Position numbers and translations under genes: made by a program | Notes under the pieces: generated by a model | The model's database searches: none | What the model was told of the DNA's origin: nothing | What the model saw: the letters and a program-made list of their open reading frames with translations, nothing else | Source of the DNA: Ophelia neglecta | Lineage: Eukaryota | Direction of reading: 5' to 3' | DNA length: 64,000 bases | Assembly (NCBI GenBank): GCA_965285935.1 | Contig: OZ260663.1 | Location: 13,454,001 to 13,518,000 of the forward strand | In this document: in pieces, positions 52,201-64,000 of the stretch | Numbering within the stretch: position 1 is the first letter of the stretch | Layout of the letters: each line of letters begins with the position of its first letter

Positions 52201-55200
52201 GTAACACACCAGGGATATAAATTAAAATTAAGGAAGCGAATAAAGGCGTTGCTCACATAATTATTGACGGAGACTACCATATTCATTGTCTAAAAACATT
52301 TTCATTAAACATGAAAGTTCGTAGACTGGGCCTGGGTGATGACATAAATTGAGACTTTAGTCACTAACAACGGAGACAACATTCAACCACCAGAATGTGA
52401 TGAACTAGCAATCTTTACACCAAAGGAGTAGTCTTTACCGGCTATCAAAGATACCCAAATCTAAACTGATTGCAAGCGGAAAAACGGTGAATTTATTAAA
52501 ATAAACAGACTGGCAGATATTTTACAGTAGCTTGGTCAACATATGCTATACATATTTTAAATAACTTATTTATATTATTCTAAAACCAATGCCTATAAAT
52601 GCCAGATTTTTTCTTAGGGAAGAAATCGACTTATTAATATAGCCGCCCCTTACAGTAAAAAACAACTTAGCTTAAGTCTTGTTTGAAGTCTCTAGCCTAT
52701 TTTGTAGTATACCTCGCAATGTAGTCCCAGAGGCACTTGATTATCGGCTGAAAAAATTCCCTGACTCTATTAAGAGACCATCGATTCTTCATAATTTCGT
52801 CCTAGGGTCGATGACCTGATACTGGTGAACACTATTTTACCTTTAAACACTATTTCACCTTTGAAAACCTAAGTTTCTTATAATTCAAGGAACAGGCATT
52901 GGCCAAAATTTGCCCATACTTATGCGAATCTAATACTCGCCCTTTTTTCAGGATAGAAAGTACTCAGTTGTCTCGGAAAAAATAACACACTGACCATGCT
53001 AATCACATAATTGAAAACTGGAATATAGTCCCCGATGATTGTTATTTAGCATGGACGGTGTCCAAATCGGACAATCATTTAAGCAACTTCATCCCAATAT
53101 TCAATTCACATAGGACTCTATTTATTCGGCCCTACCATTCATGGACGTTTTGGTGAGGATAACCAAAATACCCAATAATCAATAGTATTTGCATAATTGT
53201 TTAGCAAACGAATTAAAAATATATGCTAAGATGGTCTTTGTGCAGAATATGACATATTTCGGTAATGGCGAAGCCACCGACGAGTGGCAGGGAATAGTGA
53301 TTGCCTACCCAGTTCCAATCGGGCTTCGTAAAGAGCGTTCTTTGCCCCCAGATAACGTTGAGATGTGTCAATTACTGTCACAAGCTCGTTAAAATGCACT
53401 TTATTGGTTTGAGCTGCGAGCAAGAAAGGTCAGGGAAGATGCTGACAAATGCAGTAACGGGATGAACCCAATTAACTTGGGGATTTGGGGTAATATGCTG
53501 TACTATCAAATAAATTCTGCAGTATTCAATGTTAGGTATTTGTTAACATGACAATAGTCTAATTTATATTAGCTATTTGGTACGCGAGTTGACATGTTTT
53601 AAAGCCTGTCAGTAAGCGTTTAAGAGCTCTATTAGCATGATAAAGTAGTGAAGATAGCCTGAGCTGTACTAGGAGAGCTGTTCATGGAGTGGGTCAGTTC
53701 AAATGTTGTTCATACTGCACTCGGAGATGCCTTGCCTGAGCGTTAAAGTTTAATTGTTATTGAAGTGAATCTTTTACCTACTTTTCTCACAGGACTCACA
53801 GGAGGTGTGTTCCTGACAAGTTCCTTCTGGCTTTATAAGTGGTCTTATAGATATGTCACCATTCGGACCCCACGAACAGTAACAGCTCAAGACACTTGGA
53901 AACGCTTTCTTCCTATGCCATTCCTTCTTATTAGTTTCTTATATATGACTTGATGTTGAATGTGAGTCTTTGAATGTATTATTATCAGAGGGGTGTATAT
54001 ATTATTAGTAATACAAATTAAATAGTTATTAATATTATTATGTGTTTAGTATGGACTTCTTGGGCTCCAATGCAATTATTTTAACTTTATAAATCCTTTT
54101 TTTCCATATCTGAGTTTGAACAACAATGACAGCGTGCCTTTCATGACATTAATTGGTGGTCTTAATTCACATGTTTCACTGTATTCCTTATACATAAACT
54201 AAATACATAATCGTCTTGCCCATGTCTGGATAACTGTCTCAGCAAAGTGTTTAGCCATGCTATGCACATTGTACCTATAGAGGCATATAAACAACCCTTT
54301 GCTAGACAAATTTGGCTTTTATATGCATATATGTGAATTTCACATATGTGTAGCTGGCTTGATCTACATTTCCAGCCTTCTGTGTCTGCGATATTAAATC
54401 CTCCAAGCGACAACTCTATGTGACAACTGACTCCGTATTCTTATGTTTCGAATTGCAGAATTGTGCAAAAATTGCTTTTTGGTGTAAATACTGTCCAATC
54501 TTACACGGATTATATTTATATAGAGCCAATTAGCATACGTTACCTTCCTTTTCACAGTTAGCACATGAGTTTCACGGACGACTGAAGACGAACTTTACCA
54601 ATACAATGTTGGCATCCTAGTTTTCATACAAGATTACCGCAAAATTTGTGTAAGGCTTAGTTTCCTACAAGAAGCAATGTAGAAATGCAACTAAGTGATA
54701 CCCATGGACAAACCCGTTGTCCCTTTTAGCCATGGGGGCAGGGTGTAATTGTGTTAGGTTATATTATAAAGAAAATCACTCTTTGATAGGAGAGGTTTGT
54801 ATGTATGTTCTTTGTGGTGGCAAAGAAAGATGAGGGGTGGGGGCGGTGACCGTGATATCCCTGCTGCGTGTGATGGTGTCCCCAGCTGTCTGTATGCGAG
54901 GAAGGGGGGACCACTCCCCACCTAGTCGTCAAAGGTTGCACATAACAGGATGCATCTGTGTGAAATTTGGTAGGCTAGTAATTAAAGGTCGACTTTTTAC
55001 CCCAATTAGGAAACCTATCCCCACCCGACCCCATAAACATTACATATTTGTGTTTATGATTAAAAGACATGCGAAGAAAGAATCAGGTAAAAACATTATC
55101 TATCATAAATGAGAATATAATATGCGAAAACTTTCGGATATGTTTAGCACTTAAGTAAATGAGTGAACTTACATCCCCTCGCCCCCCCCCCCCCCAAAAA

Positions 55201-58200
55201 GAACTAGCTGTAAGTATCTAACCAGACGCATTGTTCTCCTTATTGTTTCTTATTTCCTTTTAGACAGCAATCATTGTCAGACTTTCTCGCATTTTATACC
55301 AGTACAAAAATCTACTGGAGCCAAATATCGCTATGTTTTCTAATACACTGCCAGCACACAAGGTCTCAATTCTTGCTACTGACAAAAACCGTGGACTTAA
55401 GAGTCAAACTAAGAGTAAAAAGAGTAAAAACTGAGAAGTACTGAGTGAAATATGATATATTGTCTGTCAGATGGTACATTTCCTAGGCAGACAACGTCTA
55501 CTGCAGGTATATGTCTTTGGGGCCAAGGAACTAGTCATTTATAGGGCAGTGTTGATGTTAACACCCGTATAATACGCATACATTGCATACAAGAACCTTC
55601 GCTAAACACAAATACACGACAGACAAGCCATCCATCGTTTCGCTATACTGTGTGGCTTATCCGTGCTGCCATGTTTATTGGTCGTTTAGGTGGAGGAATC
55701 CTGCTTCTGAAAAATGTAGTCATACAGAGCTGTCACAAACTTGCATGCAACAATGCTTAGTCTGGCCCATAGTTCATGCCTTGAGTATCTAAGCTTAACC
55801 TTTATGGCGGACCTATACCAAGAGACAAAGCCGCCCGAACATATGTTGGTGACCTGTTCATTATAGCATGTATAGACTTACAGCAGAGAAATTGCTTTCA
55901 ATTTAAGGGATGATTACTTGTCAACCCTGCTTAAAGAATTCAGAACGTTACAACAATACATGATGTGCCTACAGGCCCTAAGTTGTTTGACTATTTGTAA
56001 CCGTACAGACGCCATGTATCTCGCTGGCGTTCTAAATGATGATCTGAAATATCCATGTCCCTCGAAACAACGTAAGTGGTGTTGCTGATTACAGATTCAA
56101 ACTAGATTCCGTGGCCTATTGAAACGTTTGAGAGATGATTTCATATTAATATATTGCATCAGAGTAGGTAATAGTCATGCTAATTCTCTTAAATAGATAA
56201 ATGTGGTTGAACTTGTATCAATATGTTTTTAGCTTATGACGAATCCAGTACAACCACTGTCGAATGACAAAAAAAAACATATTGTTGGTACAAACACAAA
56301 TAAGGAGGGACATGCTTTCTATAAACACCAAGCAAATGCCTCCCACCGACCATCCCCCCCCCCCTTCCATAACATGTCAACACTTCCACGTTATCCCAAA
56401 TATTGGGCAAATTTCTAGAGATTGAGGTTCCTTGGCATGCGTAACTCCCTTTTATGCCGGGCGATCAGCTGACTGCTAAATTATTATCCTGTGGTACATA
56501 GCTACAGAACTAAAATATTTTTATCAGACAAAGGTAATACGAACAATTTAAGTATGCGTCTAGCAGAAAAAGTAACTCGTGGCCTCGTTGTTAGGCAAAT
56601 TTTATTCGGAAGGCTATCGGACGAACTTAAATACACCGCTTTGTTCCTGTCTTTGGCAGAAAACTGTTATGAAGTTTCGTCGTGTCAATTCCCTGTATAA
56701 CGTTTGTATAGAATGACACTGGCTTAAGGTAAAAACACCGCCCGATATATAGCAATGTTCATTATCTTTAGATGATTGTAGCATTACAGAAAATGCGGGT
56801 GTGGATACATGGCAGATAAGGCAAATGTATTAATCAAGGTTTTAAATTATCTAAAAGTCGTCAGCCGCAGACTTGGTTATAATAATGATATCTTGCTTTG
56901 TGCGACACAAAATAAGGTCATACGACACGCGCGTTTAGTCATGCACAAAATGTACTGACCTTTGTATATTGACATCTTAGATCATTTTTCATATACCTGT
57001 TAAATTCCAAAAATGTGGTCATGACACAGTCTCGTATTGCGGCTTTGTGTAATCGGCGAAAGCGAAAGCTGCAGCGAAAGCAGCTGAGCCTCTTAAAATG
57101 AGCTAGTATGATCACAATAATAACCCTATCCTTACCCCCATGTATCAAAAACAATACCCAGATGTTTGGGGAAGAGTTGGGTTATAAAATGACGGGTATT
57201 ATAAATTATTGCGATACAAATTCTGCTTTCGCCGCACCTTTCGCTGTCGCTGATAACACAAAGCCTCGTATTGCCCATATTTGCAAATTTTGCAAAGTCG
57301 CTTTAAGTGCAGTTTAGCTGTGTAATCAAACAGAGTAGTATAGCACTCATATGGTAGGCATATGATATACTTGTATCGCATTCCATATGAATTTTGGGTT
57401 TATTTTCATGTCATGAGGTCAAATACGCAGTTAGGGGTTGTCAATGCCGCTTTCGAAAATCGCATTAACTGCAGTTGTAACTATGTACTCAAACAGAGTA
57501 AAAGTAAAGCACCCAGTTATTGGCGGTGGAGGAAATGACCTTGAAGGTAAGAAACACTAACATTACCTACTATTTGTCGCCCACAGCGCCTTGACGGACT
57601 GTAAATGTTACAATTACTCAGCAAAACCCGTCAATTTAAGCAGATTGTGAACAAGCAGGCCCATTTAAGGTATAATTATTTGTGTATTCATTAATGTAGA
57701 CTTATTCGTCCAATGCTTTAAATATATCCCATCCTATGCATGTAGAGTGAGAACACGGCTTCTCTCGAAAAGATGCGTCAAGTCGCGTCGTTTGGTCAAT
57801 GTATCACTAAAGCGCGATACGAGGACAGCAGGTTGCACGAGAGAAACTTAAATTGATGTATATTGTTTCAGCTGTCGCTATCTTTGAGACGACCCGATAC
57901 AAATATTTCAAATATGAAAGTACAAATTTCACTGTTGCATTGCAAAATGGTAGCCATCCAGAACCGTAAACAAATGTATGCTGACAAAACTAAATTACTA
58001 ACACCCTTAAAAAATGTAAACCATGTTGATTTCGTGGAATTCATAATTAATACATATATGTATTAACCATTTGTGTACACTGCGATGTTTATGCTGGCAA
58101 CGATTTTTATTTTCTACATTACGAGTGATAGACTCGCATTTACTTTTTATAATTTAGTAATAACAATAACAAGAACATTCACATGACCTTCGTCTATGCT

Positions 58201-59911
58201 ATGACATCCATTAAGTGTTGCCATGGTTATGCGGTTGTAATGAAGGCAATTCTCATGTGATGCTTTGATGTATGTAGATCACATTATTACATGTAGCTCA
58301 TATGTGGCCAATTGCCAACATAACTTTTTGTACAGAGAGGTACTTTTTTGAACCCAACTTTATTACGGTTTTCCAGGAATGCATTGTCGCGTAATTGCAT
58401 GTGTCCATATACCAGGAGTGGATACGTAGCTTGGTTAGAATGTTTGTGGCAGCAGCCAGCATACACTCGATGAAAGAAATGGCCGATTCCGCATCGTTGA
58501 ATAAAATGGCGGCCGTTTTTATAATATGTGAAGTGATGCCATAACGTAAAGCGTTTAAATCATTCAGGCGTGGGACTATACAAATAACTGGAGGGCGTAC
58601 TGTGCTTTTTCTCATAACACACGCATTGATTGAGCCGAGCGAAGTTTCGGAGTAGAAACCTGGGAAATGTAGCATTCAAGATTTAAACCAAGGGCTTGAA
58701 CCACTTGGCATCAATAATATAAGACGTTTACGCCCGCTGAAATCACTTGGATTAACTAACAGTCAACGTTCATATTAGCCTCTTTCGGCTGGGATCCTCA
58801 GCAAAACATTATATACATTTAGTGTCTAGACATCATCTACTAGCTACCACTTAATATCGAAAGGCCAATCTTAAAAATTCTTTCCTTATCTCGACAAATT
58901 AGCTACACGAATACTGTCTAATCGATGTCGTTTATGTTGCATCTCAACCGTATTAACAGCATCAATGAATACAATCATTCGGGTACCATATAAATCAGTA
59001 AATTGGTTTTACTGCTTCCTAGAAAAGCACAGTACACAAAGTGTGTCTGCTCGCGAGCTTTGTAATGGTATGCACTACTAAAAGTGGATATTTGTAGTAC
59101 TTTTTATTCTCTTTTATCTGAACTAAACGAATAAAGACAATTTTCTTGGAAAAGTTCTTGTCCAGAGAGAAGACAAACAGCGTTTCCTCTTTGAGGTGCC
59201 TTGATTTACAAATGACGGCTGGGTTATTTCACAACCAAATCACACGAGTGATGACATTGTAAAAGGGTATTCTCAAGGACCCCTAGCAAATTCGTATGTG
59301 TTTTATTTGTCGTCAATGACATTGCTTATTGCTAACGAGTAGAACAGAAAAAAAAATTTAACACTGTATGTGAGGAGAATTATATGCCATTACCAGGTTG
59401 GCTGCTGACACATTCACATCCTGGTTGAGCAAAACCAGTTTCTTTTCATTTGGATGTGCGTTTTCATTTACAAGACAGCTTTGACGCTGTATCATGCTTA
59501 TTTGCCTCGTTATCTATGTAAGATGCCGTTAGTCTAAATATGGTTGTATTAAGCAAATTAAACAAACCACATGAAAGCTAGCTAAATTTCCTTATTTCGA
59601 TGTCATTGATTTGGATTTTTTTGGGGGGGCTTAACGACACATAGACACCATGTGGGTCATTCAGTGTCTTAAGTTGGGTATAGTTTATTGTTCATTGTAC
59701 TGTCTATTTTTATTTACATGGGGATATTCGTAAGAAGTATGAGGTTATTGAGCTCTATTTTATAAAAAATCTTCTAGGTGGGTGGGTCAGATGTTTTTCT
59801 GACTAAAATGTGTTAGTAATGGAACCTAAAAGGTTAGTTGTTTAATAAATAGATAAAAGAAAGTTCCATAAACTTTCGCATTTTAAAAATGGTTTTCACG
59901 TTTAAGATCTA

Positions 59912-62900
59912 CTACATTTTGTAGTAGAGATCTATAGACTTCAAGAAACCAAGGATCTGCTGTGGGCAGACCTTGTCAAATAAGGTGTTGAGGCTGTTAA
60001 CGCTATAAAAACGGTATCTAGCCTCGGCGAAATCGCTGCACTCCAACAGAATGTGTTGGATGGTAATCTGGCATTGGCAGCCCTCACAAAAAGGTGGGTC
60101 TTCTCTTCTCAGTAGGTGAGTATGTGTATAATGTGAGTGGCCGATGCGCAGTCGAGACATGATCAAGTCGTCTCTTCGGGAGGCAAGAGGCTGTCGAAAT
60201 GATTTCGGTATGGTGGGGCAGATAGAGTGCAGTTTGTTTTCTGCGGCCTGATCCCAGGCGGTTTGCCATTGTTTCCAGCCATACTGGTTTATTGTGCTCT
60301 TGAAGTCAGAAGATGGGATTTTAATTGGGAAGATGGGATCTTCCAGTGCCTCTTTTGCATATTTGTCCGCAGCCTCATTGCCTTTGATGCCTACGTGGCT
60401 GGGCACCCACAGGAGTACAACAGTTTTTCCTCTTTTGAGGATTTTATTTAAGGTTTCTCGCCGGGAGAGAACCAAAGGGTTAGACCAGCTAAACCCTTCT
60501 AGTGCCTGGAGGGACGACATTGAGTCTGACGCGATAACAAATTTTCTGTCTCTAGACTGGATGATATGGTCTAGAGCAAGATCTATGGCTGTTATTTCGG
60601 CAGTGAAAATGGAGCTGTGATCGGGGAGGCGCATCCTGGAGGTGAAGGCATGGGCGACAGCTGCCGCCGCCACTTTCTCCTCGAGCTTCGACCCATCCGT
60701 GAAGATAAAGGTATGGTCATGGTACACTTCTGACTGGATTTGATTGAACCGTGTACAATATATCAGTGGTGAAGTGTAGTTTTTATTACCAGTGACCAAA
60801 AACCAGTCCACCACCAGTGGCTTATATGTCCATGGTGGTGTCTTCGGCAGTGTGGCATCAGCAATCCATCTGAGTTCAACGCCCAGATTATCTAGGGATT
60901 GCTTGATGCGGATACCAAATGGGGGAATTGTGTTTTTGCTAGCAAATAGTTCACTGTTCGGAGGGTCAAAGACACTCGAGTAGGCAGGGTTGGCAGGGTC
61001 AGCGTGTAGCTTGACTGCATATTGCAGTCCTAGTCCCTCTCTTCTTAGGTGAAGAGGAGGCACGCATGCCTCCACCTCCAGGCTGTCCTTTGGAGATGTT
61101 CGATATGCGCCAGTGCATATACGGAGGGCCTGGTTCTGTACAGGATCTAGCATCTTTATGTAGCTCTTTGGTGAAGATCCATAAATAAAACAGCCATAAT
61201 CAAGCTTTGATCTAACAAGGCTCTGGTACAGATGTAACAGAACCTTGCGATCAGCACCCCAGTCCATGCTAGACACGACACGAAGGAGGTTCAACGCCTT
61301 TTGGCAACTCTGTCTCAAGTATTTGATATGGGGGAGAAAGTTGAGTTTTTTGTCGTAGAGCAGTCCAAGGAATTTAAATGTTTCAACTACAGGAACAGGA
61401 GATCCATTGAGGGTTAACTCTGGATCTGGATGGAGTTTCCTCTTCCTGCAGAAGTGAACGCAGACTGTCTTTGTCGGGGAAAACTTGAAACCATTTTCGT
61501 TCGACCATTTTTGTAATTTGTTGAGACAGAGTTGCAGTTGCCGTTCTATCGTGCGCATGCACTGTGATCTGTAGCCTGTCTGGAAGTCATCCACATATAA
61601 AGAGGGATCAGTATTTCTTGTCACGCATTTAACAATACTGTTTATTTTAATGGTAAATAGAGTGACAGACAGTATGGCTCCCTGTGGGACGCCAGCTTCT
61701 TGGATAAAAGGGTTAGATAGAGTAGCCCCCATTCTAACCTGGAATGACCGGTCGTCTAAGAAATATTTGATAAAATTTGGGAGAAGGCCTCGGAGACCGA
61801 AGTCATGGAGATCTTTCATGATCCCATGTTTCCATGTGGTGTCATAGGCCTTCTCCATATCGAAGAAAATGGCAACGTAGTGCTCGCCCCTTACGAAGGC
61901 TTGTCTTATAGAGGTTTCGAGACGAACTAGATGATCTATGGTGCTCCTGCCCCTCCTGAACCCAGATTGGTACACCGTTAACAGCTTGTTGGTTTCGAGG
62001 AACCAGACAAGTCTGTCGTTGATGATCCTCTCCATGGTCTTGCAGAGACAGCTGGTGATAGCTATGGGTCGGTAGTTGGTACTTTCAGTGGCATCTTTTC
62101 CTGGTTTTGGTATAGGTATAACTATTGCTTTTTTCCACGAAGGTGGGAATGTTTCGGTTTCCCAGATAAAGTTGAATATGTCCGTGAGGATTTGGAGGGA
62201 ACTAGGGGGGAGATGTTTCAGGAATTGGTAGTGGATTTGATCCGGACCAGGGGCCGAATCGTGGGTTTTAGATAAGGAGCTCTGAAGTTCACGGACTGTT
62301 ATTGATCTATTGTAAGGCATGTCTTGTTTGGTGTGGAAGTTGAGTGGGATTTTTTCTTGTATTCTTTTATGTTGTTGAAAGGAGTGGGTGTAATTTTGGG
62401 AAGAGGAGTTTCGGGCGAAACTCTCTCCGAGGCAGTTTGCTATGTCTATAGTGTCGGTGATTGTTGAGTTATTGTGTGTGAGGTGGATTATTGTTTGACT
62501 CACTCCTTTGCCACTGATTTTCCGAACTACGTCCCAGGTCTTTTTCAAAGAAGAATGATGGTTCAGCTGGGACACGTAGTTGTGCCAGCTGCTCTTCTTT
62601 GCCTGTCTCACCACCTTACGAGCTTTGGCTCGAAGGATTTTAAAGGAGTCCAAATTTGCCTGGATGGGATGACGTCTAAAACGTCTTAGGGCCTTTTGTC
62701 TCTCTTTTATAGCTGCTCTGCATTCTTCATTAAACCATGGTTTGGATCGTTTTTTTTGGTGTACCACTGGACCGCGGGATGCACTCAGCAGCAATGTCAT
62801 GGACAATGGTGGTGAATGCATCCATCGGATCCTCAGCCCGTTGGAACGTCTCTGGAACATTTTTTTCTTCACAGAGGGTCGTGAATTTAGTCCAATCCGC

Positions 62901-63593
62901 TCTGCGCAGTTTCCATTGCGGGACCCCTTCTTTTGGCCCTGGGTGGTTTGTGGTCAACCACACCGGGAAATGGTCACTGCCACAGAGGTCAGGCTGAACA
63001 GTCCAATTGAAGTCCAGGAAGAGGGAAGGGTCACAGAGAGATAAATCTATTGATGTCTGTGCCCCGTTTCCCGGGTGCAGGAAGGTAGGAGCACCTGAGT
63101 TTAAAGTACACAAGTTATTTGTGTGTATGAAGTCCTCTAGAGGTCTTCCCTTGTCGTCTGTCGTGTCTCCTCCCCACAGAGGGTTGTGAGCATTAAAGTC
63201 GCCGAGGAGAACGACAGGACTTGGGAGTTGGTCCAGGAGAGACTGTAGATCGTCTATGTTTAATGGTTTTGAAGGGGGGCAATAAATGGAACAAATAGTG
63301 ATTGTTTTATGTAGTGTAACCCTGACTGCAACCGCCTGCATGTTTGTGTTTAGGGTTACTTTGCTCTGAGCTGTTCGGTTATGTACCAAGACAGAAACCC
63401 CACCACAAGCTCTGCCATCAACAGCTTTAGAAAAAGTGTTGTAGCTTGTGTAATATTTAAGTTTAATATTATTTTTAGCTTTGGTCTCTTGGAGACATAT
63501 GATTGTGGGGTTCCTGTCCATTAGAGTTTCTAGCTCAGGCCTATTTGATTCGAAACTATTTATGTTCCATTGAAGTATTGATTTATTTGCCAT
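59912..63593 (-). CDS. LINE ORF2 (APE-RT-RNase H-CCHC), ~1226 aa if one extra A in the A8 run at 62750-62757 is removed
   Basis: APE: ILQWNINS, ICLQET, GDFNAH, IDLS, SDHFP. RT: APGPDQI, YRPIAITS, DMEKAYD, GVPQG, YVDD, FLG. RNase H: FTDGS, TAEI, SDS, WVPSHVGIKGNEAAD. C-terminal CEGC...HILLEC. Confidence 0.93.
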
Positions 63594-64000
63594 TTTCTTT
63601 GTTAGAGGGAGGGTTTCGATTAATTTTTATATTAATTTTTGGTGTTGTTTGGTCTGTGTCAGGGGGGTGAGGTCGAGACGGGGGATCATTACACTCCATC
63701 TCCTCCTCACTCCCAGACAGTGCACCATAGCGGTTATAAAGGGAGACTTTGTCATCCCCCTTTTGTGATCTGTTTGTGCGTGGTGTCTTTGGTTTACTTT
63801 TTGGTTTTGTTGTTGTTGGTGTTTGGTTTCTTAGCGGTTGTAGTTTTGTTTTAATTGTTTGACTTAGTTGGTTTGATGTACTCGGCATCTCGGACGAGGT
63901 GCCCGCCCTGTCTGTAGGTGAAACTGCTGTATTAGCAGTCTCTACCCACTTCGCGACATAGGCGGCCAACTCCTCCGTGTCTACCTGCACCTCCACCGAT
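63583..64000 (-). CDS. LINE ORF1 (gag-like), C-terminal part
   Basis: Low-complexity T/P/K-rich frame with the NRYGAL motif common in I-group ORF1 tails; its last 11 nt overlap the start of ORF2 (ATGGCAAATAA). Confidence 0.8.
   Translation of the reverse strand, partial: SVEVQVDTEELAAYVAKWVETANTAVSPTDRAGTSSEMPSTSNQLSQTIKTKLQPLRNQTPTTTKPKSKPKTPRTNRSQKGDDKVSLYNRYGALSGSEEEMECNDPPSRPHPPDTDQTTPKINIKINRNPPSNKENGK

Larger units (their letters stand above)
59605..64000 (-). mobile_element. I-group (Nimb/I-like) LINE with RNase H; 5' end beyond the window
   Basis: ORF1 C-terminus, APE, RT (YVDD), RNase H and C-terminal CCHC. The 3' end reads gacactgaatgaccc..gtctatgtgtcgttaagccccccc then aaaaaaatccaaatcaat on the - strand, like I/Nimb-type 3' ends. 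Confidence 0.93.

Noticed and set aside
29041-56365. Scattered poly-G/poly-C and CCCCA runs (e.g. 31170, 32592, 38585, 38672, 39628, 50231, 55182)
   Set aside because: No paired ends or TSDs; treated as simple repeats or untraceable MITE remnants.
46300-59500. Numerous 60-127 aa ORFs
   Set aside because: No recognisable domains or coherent exon chains; consistent with random ORFs.

Overview
AT-rich animal genomic DNA with GT-AG introns, probably from a lophotrochozoan-type invertebrate (inferred from the gene and retroelement families present); it is not prokaryotic. Two host genes are well supported. (1) The 3' ~933 codons of a receptor-type protein tyrosine phosphatase (+, 70..8296, 21 phase-consistent exons; EGF-like repeats, FN3, S/T stalk, TM, active D1, degenerate D2). 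(2) A rhodopsin-class GPCR with a single coding exon (+, 44720..45934, FMRFamide/sex-peptide-receptor-like). Mobile DNA includes an apparently full-length CR1/L2-group LINE (-, 19051..23841) inserted with a 7-bp TSD into the RT region of an older, 5'-truncated LINE of the same group (+, ~18480..25682). There is also a nearly intact I-group (Nimb-like) LINE with RNase H (-, ~59605..>64000), an old LINE relic in the last phosphatase intron, and several MITEs. Decayed intronless reading frames lie at 11.3-16 kb and 27.8-28.6 kb. The most unusual signals are in the inner LINE: ORF2 has no usable AUG and follows ORF1 in frame after a single TAG, and the 5' end is complementary to its own (UAC)n tail. 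I cannot support a new multi-gene system from sequence alone. Most of 29-44 kb and 46-59 kb looks like ordinary non-coding DNA.
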